From Octopus vulgaris (lineage: Eukaryota), in NCBI GenBank assembly GCA_951406725.2, contig OX597822.1, positions 53,630,001-53,694,000 on the forward strand: a stretch of DNA of 64,000 nucleotides. The letters run 5' to 3'. The translations under genes were made by a program, and so were the position numbers. The notes under the pieces were generated by a model. The model worked only from the letters and a program-made list of their open reading frames with translations. It did no database searches and was not told the origin of the DNA. Of the stretch, positions 55,172-64,000 are shown one piece after another. Each line of letters opens with the position of its first letter. Position 1 is the stretch's first letter.

Positions 55172-56346
55172 ACAAATATGCAGGCTTATATGTATGTCAA
55201 GACGTACAAAAGTACAGGCACCCATATATGTGTGTATGTGCGTATGTGTGATAGAGGCAAACAGACAGAGAAAGATGTATGTATATGTAAGTATAAGTGT
55301 GGTGGGGGGGGGGCGTGTGTACCTGTGTGTTTCTTTCGGATTTATTTTATGCTTTTTTTTTCTCTCATAGAATCCAAATCGGTTACTAACAAAGTGACAA
55401 GATTCTTTTCTTTAAATGAAAATAAGCTTTGGGTCTGAATTGGTTCGTGTATGCGTGTACATGTGCGTGTCACACAGAACGCAAGTGCGTATGTTTCAAT
55501 ACTGTTTATGTGCGTGTGTGTTCATATGTATTTGACACATCTATATGATCGTGTGCGTATGTTCACCACGGGAACCTCAAATAGAGAAGTCTAGAAAGGT
55601 CTTATATGCATGTATACATGCATTGATATGTAAACGAAATATCTCAGACTGGCCTATGTATTTGAACGGCAAAGTCTAATAAGGTTACGTGAAATACCAT
55701 ACAAGAGGTATTCTTGATTTATCAAAATTAAGTTGGCTTCGATGAGTGGTAGAGCAATTGCTTGGCTGCAATTGGAACAACGCCAAACGAAAAGAGGCAG
55801 AAAATAATTCTTGAAGCAAGAATTCTCTAAAACTGTTGTACCGTTAAGGAAAAGAGTCTTATTCTCTGAGGACAAGGCGACAGCTGTGGACGTGTGTAGC
55901 TATCATCATTTAAGTAGTTGTACTACCTTAACTGCAGCAATATTTACATGCATACGTATACATAAATATATATATGCATATATAGATATATGTATATATA
56001 TATTGTGTGTGTATGTGTGTGTGTGTGTGTACGTGCGTGTGTATCTGTGTCTGTGAGCGTGTCTCTGTGCGTGTGTGTATGCGCGCGCTTGCAGGAAGAT
56101 AGGGAACAATGATATATAATTATACATGCATGTTTACATATATATGTGTAAATGTATATATATATATATATTTATTTATATATATATATATGTATATATA
56201 CATATATGTATATATATATATGTACAATAAATGTATACATGTATATATATATATATGTGTATATATATATGTACAATAAATGTATACATGTATATATATA
56301 TATATATATACAATATATGTATACATATATATATTATAAGCATGTA

Positions 56347-56385
<39 letters not shown>

Positions 56386-59300
56386 CTACATCCGTACATA
56401 TTATCTATGATATATACATGTGTGTGTGTGTGTGCTTGCATGGAGAGAGAAACTGACAGACGGACAAGAGAGAGGAAATGCTGCAGTTAATGGTTTTACC
56501 GCCAGTACACATACGTGGTGGTTACTAAAGAGCACGTCATTTTTATAAAGTATTGTTACAAACAAACTGCTTGTTTCCTGAGATGGTTGAAAACCTCCCA
56601 TTTGCAACATGTTCTCCATATTGTGGATTAAACAAATCCCCGTTTTAAGGCTTGTTTACCTCTTTTTTTTTTGTTTGTTTGTTTTAAGCCTATGAACATC
56701 AGGAGCTTTTATAGAAGGGGAGGAATTGATATAAAAGGGAAGAAAAAAAATGATGTTATCGCCAGAGTATAAAAGAATGCCAGAAAAGATTGTTAAAAGA
56801 CCAAAATGTTCATGACGTAACATCACTACTGATGATGATAATGAAGATAATGAAGAGGAGGAGGAGGAGAATAAAAGGAGGTGGAGGAAGAGGAGGATGG
56901 GGAGGAAAAGGAGGAGGGGTGATGGTGATGAGGATAGTGATGATAACGATGATGATGTTGAGGATGATGATGATGATGTTGAGGATGATGATGATGATGA
57001 TGGTGATAAGAAATATCCCGGCTCTTTTAACGTTAAGGCAATTGTGAAACAAGGAAATCGATTTGTTTGAATAAATTAACGGGACATTCTTCAAAATAAA
57101 TATTGATATTGACTCTACAACAACAACAATAACAATAATAAGATTACATCCTTACAACAACAACAACATCTTCTCTATCCCCCCCCTTCTATTGCCCTCC
57201 AAACACAACAGCTTATGAAACAAATCGAAATTGCGAGAAATATCAGTCCAGTTAGAAAATGGTGCATAATCTATGGAAGAAATACTGCTGTTGCTGCTAC
57301 TGCTACTACTACTACTGCCACCACTACTGCTGCTGTTGCTCTTACTGCTTCTGCTACTAGTACTTATACTACTACTACTACTTTTAATAATCATCATTTT
57401 AATGATGATGATGATGATAAATAAGGGTTCCGGACGACAAATAACATGTCGAGTGGGGTGGGGAATTACTGCTGCTCCTCCTGCTGCTACTACTACTACT
57501 TTGACTACTACTACTACTACTACTACTATTGATAGTTACTCGTGTCAATTGCGATTATTATCAGATGCTGTGCGAGTGTTCTGTTACTGTCTGGTTTGGG
57601 TTTTATTGAATAAAATAAACAACCAAAGCATTGGTTGAACTACTGTTTACTACAGTTAAGGACCGCCGCGGTGACATGTAATACTTAGACAGTCCTAGAA
57701 GACACAAAAAGCCTCATTGATTAGTTAATACCGCTGATATTGAAATATGTCGCAATGCTGTATTAAATCTTTTCGTTTGCTTTTGTTCTGGTTTTCTTTT
57801 CTTTTTTATTTTTAGTACCGATGAACCAACCTTGAAGCCCGGTGAAAGTTATTAAGCATATTCTTAGTATCATCCGACCGACAAGCCGAGTAGAGATTGT
57901 TAGTTATATTTTTAATATTGTCGGACTGCGAAGGCCAGTCAAGGTTATTAGTTACATATATAGGAAATGCTTCGGCACATTTTCGCTTACGGTATTCCAC
58001 ACAATGGAGCTGCAGTAGAAACTATTTGCCCAAGATGCTACGCAAAGAGCTCGATCCCAGAACCAGGTGGTTGCGAACTGAGTTCGTACATGCACCCATC
58101 TATCAATGAAGAGACCTCTGCAGGTTTCCTCAAATTCTGTGACACCACTGAATGACAAATAATGCCAGAAATCGTGGTCTACCGTGAGTTTGAAAAATTG
58201 TGAGAAATCGTGGTTTAGTGAGTCAAAGAATTTGATGTTCCTTCGCAGATGCTTCAGATTTTCCAGATTTTCGCTCGTTTGTTTATTTTGACTGTTTGAA
58301 TTACTTACATTTATATCAAACATTAGCGATCTTGTATTTCCTCAACCATTATTCTCAGTTCCTTCACACGTATTATATAATCACCCCATTTGACCCATCA
58401 AGCAAACATTTTGTTCCGCTCCTAATATCGTCACGCCACAAAAGGCCAACAACGGTGTCATGAACTCTCATTCATCTCATCAACGCTGTCTACTAATTTC
58501 GCGTGGTGCAGTAACGTATAGAGTAATTTACAACTGCCACAGTATTTCTCATTAATGATACAAACCACTTTTCATTGGATAACCAAGACAGTGTCTTAAA
58601 CAATTGCATTATAGTTGATTAAACCGAACTCCAATATATTCGTAGAATTTAATTTCACAACCTCCAAGGTAGTCATGTGCCAAGCCAACTCCGGTGAGAT
58701 CTGATCACAGAAAGCGAAATAAAGCTAAATATTTTAATGTATCGTCTATACGAGTTAGTGTGCCTTCGAGGTCATCGCTTCGTCTTTTATTTCCCTTAAT
58801 AACAACAGAAATTACAGTTGGGCCAGTACAGCAAGGTGTCGAAAAAGTGCAGGTTATGGCTTGGTAATATGTACCATGCTTTCATTAATTGTTTTAGATG
58901 CCTATGTGAGGTCATGCTTGATCCGGTGGAACATGTAGGATGTGACTACTGGAGGGAGATAGGGCCTGACAGTAAACGACTAGTGCTCATTTATATCTGA
59001 GTGGACCGCAGCAACGTAAAATGAAGTGCCTTGCCCAAGGATACAACGAGCTGTCCGGCCCATGAATTGAATCCATGGCGCTATAATCATGAGCCGAACA
59101 TCCTTAACTGCTAGGTCATGCCCCTTCATTAATAACAATTATAATAGTGTCACTGTTGACACAACAAACAAGTCAGCTCGATCAGTAAACAAACTCAGAT
59201 GTTTGATCAGCTACCACAATGTTATTTGTCTTGTTTGAACAGGAGGGATCCAAGGGCTTCACAACAACTAATTATGAACACTTAATATAAAGTAAAGGAG

Positions 59301-59632
59301 TATAGTAATGAACTCGTTGACAAGAGATTAATCAATATTCTACATACAAATAGTTTGTCCATTCAGACGGTTGACAATTCGCACTTGCAACTGTTTTATT
59401 AGAAGTCTTTTAGCTAACAGCTCTTAAAGACCTACATTGGGAAATAACACGTGATATTGCCAGAAATTTGATATATTTAAATCTAATAACTCAATTCTCA
59501 ATTATATGACAGTGATAATAATATAAATATACTTTAGATATATCACAATATATTTAAATATACTATTTAAGTGGTGTTATAAAACTACTGTATATAGTGG
59601 TAGTATACACACATATGATAGATAGATGGATG

Positions 59633-59663
<31 letters not shown>

Positions 59664-59732
59664 GGATAGATGGATGGATGGATGGATGGATGGATGGATG
59701 GATGGATGGATGGATGGATGGATGGATGGATG

Positions 59733-59792
<60 letters not shown>

Positions 59793-60257
59793 TACAAATA
59801 CATACATACACAGCTGTGTGGTATCAAATTTACTTCCCAGCCACATGGTTCCGGGTCCAGTCCTACTGCCTGGTACCTCGGGAAAATGTTTTCTACTATT
59901 GCCTCGGTGCAACCAAAGGCTTGTGAATAAATTTGGTAGACGGAATCTGAAAGTCAGTTGTATATGTGTGTGCGTGTGTGTACGTGTATGTGTGGGTGTG
60001 GGTGTCTTTGCGCCTGTGTGTCTTTGTACCTGTGTTTGTCTCCCACCATCGCTTGACAACAGAGTTGATATGTTTACGTTCCTATAACGTAGAAGTTCGG
60101 CATAACAGACTGATAAAATCAGTACCAGGCTTTATAACATAAATATTGAGATCGATTTGTTCGACTAAAATTCTACAAGGCAGTGCCCCAGCAAAACTGA
60201 AACAAGTAAAAAGATGAAAAAAAAGATAGAGATTTTCTACTATAATAGTATACATAC

Positions 60258-60309
<52 letters not shown>

Positions 60310-60497
60310 AGTATAGTATAGTATAGTGTAGTATAGTATAGTAGTGGTATATTACTACATAATGAGAGGCACAGATGTTTGAGTTGAAAAAACTGGTTGT
60401 TCGAATCTAGTGTTATTTATATCCATGGTCAAAACAATTTCTCGCCAGTCCAGTCCGCTAACTATAGATACCTATAGAGTAAATTAGGTCACCACAT

Positions 60498-60575
<78 letters not shown>

Positions 60576-62157
60576 CAGCAGCAGCAGCAGCAACAGTAGC
60601 AGCATTCTTTTCATGTGAGTTCGAGAGGTGACCGCAGTACAGCAAACATGTGACGCAAGAGGCGAGGAGGGCTTCAGTACGGTTGAAGAATGTGATCAAG
60701 ATCTAGATTATGATGACGATGATGATGATAAAGGTGATGATGACTAAGATGATGGTGATCATGGTGATTGTTTCCAGTATTATAATATGATAGTTTTAAA
60801 CTTCATGGCGATCACTATTATTTACTATGGAGAATTGAATACGCGACGTTATGAAAGAATCTGGCCGGGAGTTTTGAAAATCAATTGAAAAACAATGCCA
60901 CAATTAAATCAGCATTCCTGTACAATAGTTAAATTAATTCAAATCATGGCTTTCCATCTTTTCTTACTGCTCATGTGGAATCAATATTTCAATAATGGAT
61001 AATTGATATGAAGAGCAATAGACCAGATCTGTGAAAAGATTTCATTCCTCTGGTTGTAAAGCAAACTTCACGCCACCTTCGCATCGCTAAACTTCTCGGA
61101 AGCTTGAACATAGCAGCAACCAATTTCCTCATACGAACTTTTTCCAAGTTCGAAAACGTAATTAATGTTTGAAATATAGGTGGGAGAACCATCAAACACC
61201 AACAGGTAATCTTTTGGTGATCTTTCTCTATGTTATAGCAGTGATTGCTGATGAAAGTCAACTCACTTCACTTCCATTGTTAATATATTGACGTCATAAC
61301 CTCTCGTAATTTCTCTACTGTAAATAATATGTTGTCTATGGCCTCAAAATGGAATCAACGTTATAACAACTCACTAAAAATATAACCTGATAAAAAAATA
61401 AATCTTGTGTTGATGATTAAAAGCATACATATGTAGATATATGTATCATGTATATATGTATTTGTGTATGTATATGTGTATGTATGTCTGTATATGGATA
61501 TATATACACACACATATATAGATACATACATACATAAACACATACATACATATATATACACTCACACACAAAAAAAATATATACACACACACAGAGATGG
61601 AGGGAGAGAAGGAAAAAAACATGAAAGATTGATCGCCAATTATTTGTCATCCTGCGCGTATTTCATTAATAATATCTATTATATAAGTAAAACCTTTTAA
61701 GCTGGTTCCATTATCAAATCATCAGAGATTGCGTAACACTTTCAAATCTGTATATAATGGACTCCAAACAGTGCTATGATATCAATGATCATAACTACTG
61801 TTTGGTCATGGTCACTGATACATAATACCGTCGGGAGTCCATTGTAAATCTTAAGGGTTATTTATGAATATTGCACAATCTCCGGTTATTTCATAACGCA
61901 ATCTGTTATAAAGTTTTCCTTGTATGACAGATATTGTTATTTTCATGTAAAACAGCTTGATTCAATTCTATGCGACCTAAAGTTTCGCAGACTTCTAACA
62001 GAAACTTAACTCTTTCAGGCCCAGATTACTGTAATCTGAGCTTGAACAAGCTAAGTTTCAAGTCATATGGACCCGAATCACGCTGTTTTAAATAATAATG
62101 TAATTCTTACTACCTGTGTTGAGTGCCTTTCTCTTTCGTTTGTCCACTCACTCGCAA

Positions 62158-62219
<62 letters not shown>

Positions 62220-62222
62220 TAC

Positions 62223-62254
<32 letters not shown>

Positions 62255-62438
62255 CATACATACATATATTATATATGTATGTATATATGTACGTGCATAT
62301 ATATATATATATGTGTGTGTGTGTATGTTATATGCATTTATGCCTATATATATATTCACACATGCATATACACTTAGATACATTTTCTTACCCTCTTACA
62401 CACATACACTCTCGTTCTCTCTCAACAAAGTACATGTG

Positions 62439-62476
<38 letters not shown>

Positions 62477-64000
62477 TGTGTGTGTGTCTGTGTGCAGTAG
62501 TCTTCGTCCATTCTAATCAATTACACGGAGCAGCTACTGTCGAATCTTGAATCCCAAAGCCGAAAACAACCAATCTTTGTGTATAACTGTAAAGAACTCA
62601 AGAAACATTAGCAGAACACAGTAGAGAAATATGTGTGCCAAGTAATCTGCCGATTTGGTATTTTTTCATCACGTCACTGCCCTAACCGAATGATTCGTTT
62701 CATTTAATATCTATTTTGACGTCTCAACGCTTCTATAAACGATGAAATACGTCCCGACCTCTTAAAGTGTCGTTCGAACAACTAATATTTCGATTTAAGA
62801 GTCATTCCCATAAGCTCCATTCTTTACTAGGCACGAACTCACAAAGAAAAAATAAATAGTAAATAAAGGGAAATGACTTGGGTAAGAATCGAACATGCAA
62901 CACAGCCAGACTTATCAGAGGAAATTGATTGCCAATAATCTCCAACATAACCCCATTAATTCTCTATGCTAGCAGAAAAAAGTACAAATCTACACCATTC
63001 AGTTGGTAGACTTGTTAAGATATTGATATAGTAATGAGAAGGCAGCTAAGTAGTCGCTTGATTTACTAGAAATAACAGCAAATTCCATCAACTCACACTC
63101 TGTCGTTTTCAAAAAAACAGAAGGACGCATTGGACAATGTAGTGTTAAATATAAAATGAAGGGATGGTTACGACTGAAATGTTTTTGATCATACGTCTCC
63201 TCAATCAATGCCACTAGCAACGTATGCTTGTGGAAACATTAAATACGACAGAATACCAACCATTTATCATAAACAGTATCATTCTTTGATTTCTATAGAA
63301 TTACTGAACAACAAAATATACCAACTGATACTATGACAGCTTTTTTGGACGGTTTCTTCCCGCTGTACTTTGTTTTATATTACAAATGTACTATATTGTT
63401 ATAGCTATTTCAGTTTATTTTGGCGATATATTATTGGCATCATATACCGGTATATTCTAAGTAGTATGTGATATGAAGTAATCTATTTGTCTACATATTC
63501 CTATTGTACAATAACGTAACATATTTGAATGTACTATAGTTATATGATATCTAATATATTGTACAGTAACTTATGATACTGGAATATGCTACTCTATAGT
63601 ATATGACACTTGAATGCACTATAGAATATGTGATACTTGAATCCGTTACTTTACTCAAGCATATGATAATTGTTTGTACTGTGCGCAATCATTTGATATT
63701 TAGAGCTGTTATACTCTTAGTATTTTGTATGTATTGTATAGCATATATGATATTTCTATGTGCTGTACTGTAGAGGCAGTATGGCCGAATGATTAAGGGG
63801 TTCGCTTTGCAATCACAAAATCCACGATTCGATCCCACTGCGTGATACCTATAGCGTGTCTTATATCATTCCCTAGGATCAACCTAAATTTTGTGAATAA
63901 AATTGAGTAGAAGTAAACTGCGTGGAAACTCGTCGAATGGATGGATTTTTCCCTTTTAATTCAAAGGTACGGCCTTGTCACACACTATGCTCAAATTTTT

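Overview
AT-rich, microsatellite-laden metazoan DNA. The SINE families point to an octopus or other cephalopod (inference). The window holds three spliced + strand coding exons (30007-30108, 35948-36082, 52013-52320) of a CACNG/TARP (stargazin-like, PMP22/claudin superfamily) gene; I could not find its first coding exon. The rest is intron or 3' flank filled with mobile-element debris: two decayed IR-DR Tc1 (DD34E) transposons, an R4/Dong-type LINE, a Penelope-like element (PLE) remnant, other LINE fragments, non-autonomous Helitrons and many tRNA-derived SINEs. The most striking unannotated signal is a set of more than a dozen minimal type-I hammerhead ribozyme (HHR) motifs from several unrelated sequence families. 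They sit in short non-coding PLE-like cassettes, usually beside (TA)n. One cassette joins a tRNA-like Pol III head to an HHR inside a 15-bp target-site duplication. Almost all ORFs in the supplied track are microsatellite artefacts. All calls were made by eye, with no database search or folding computation.
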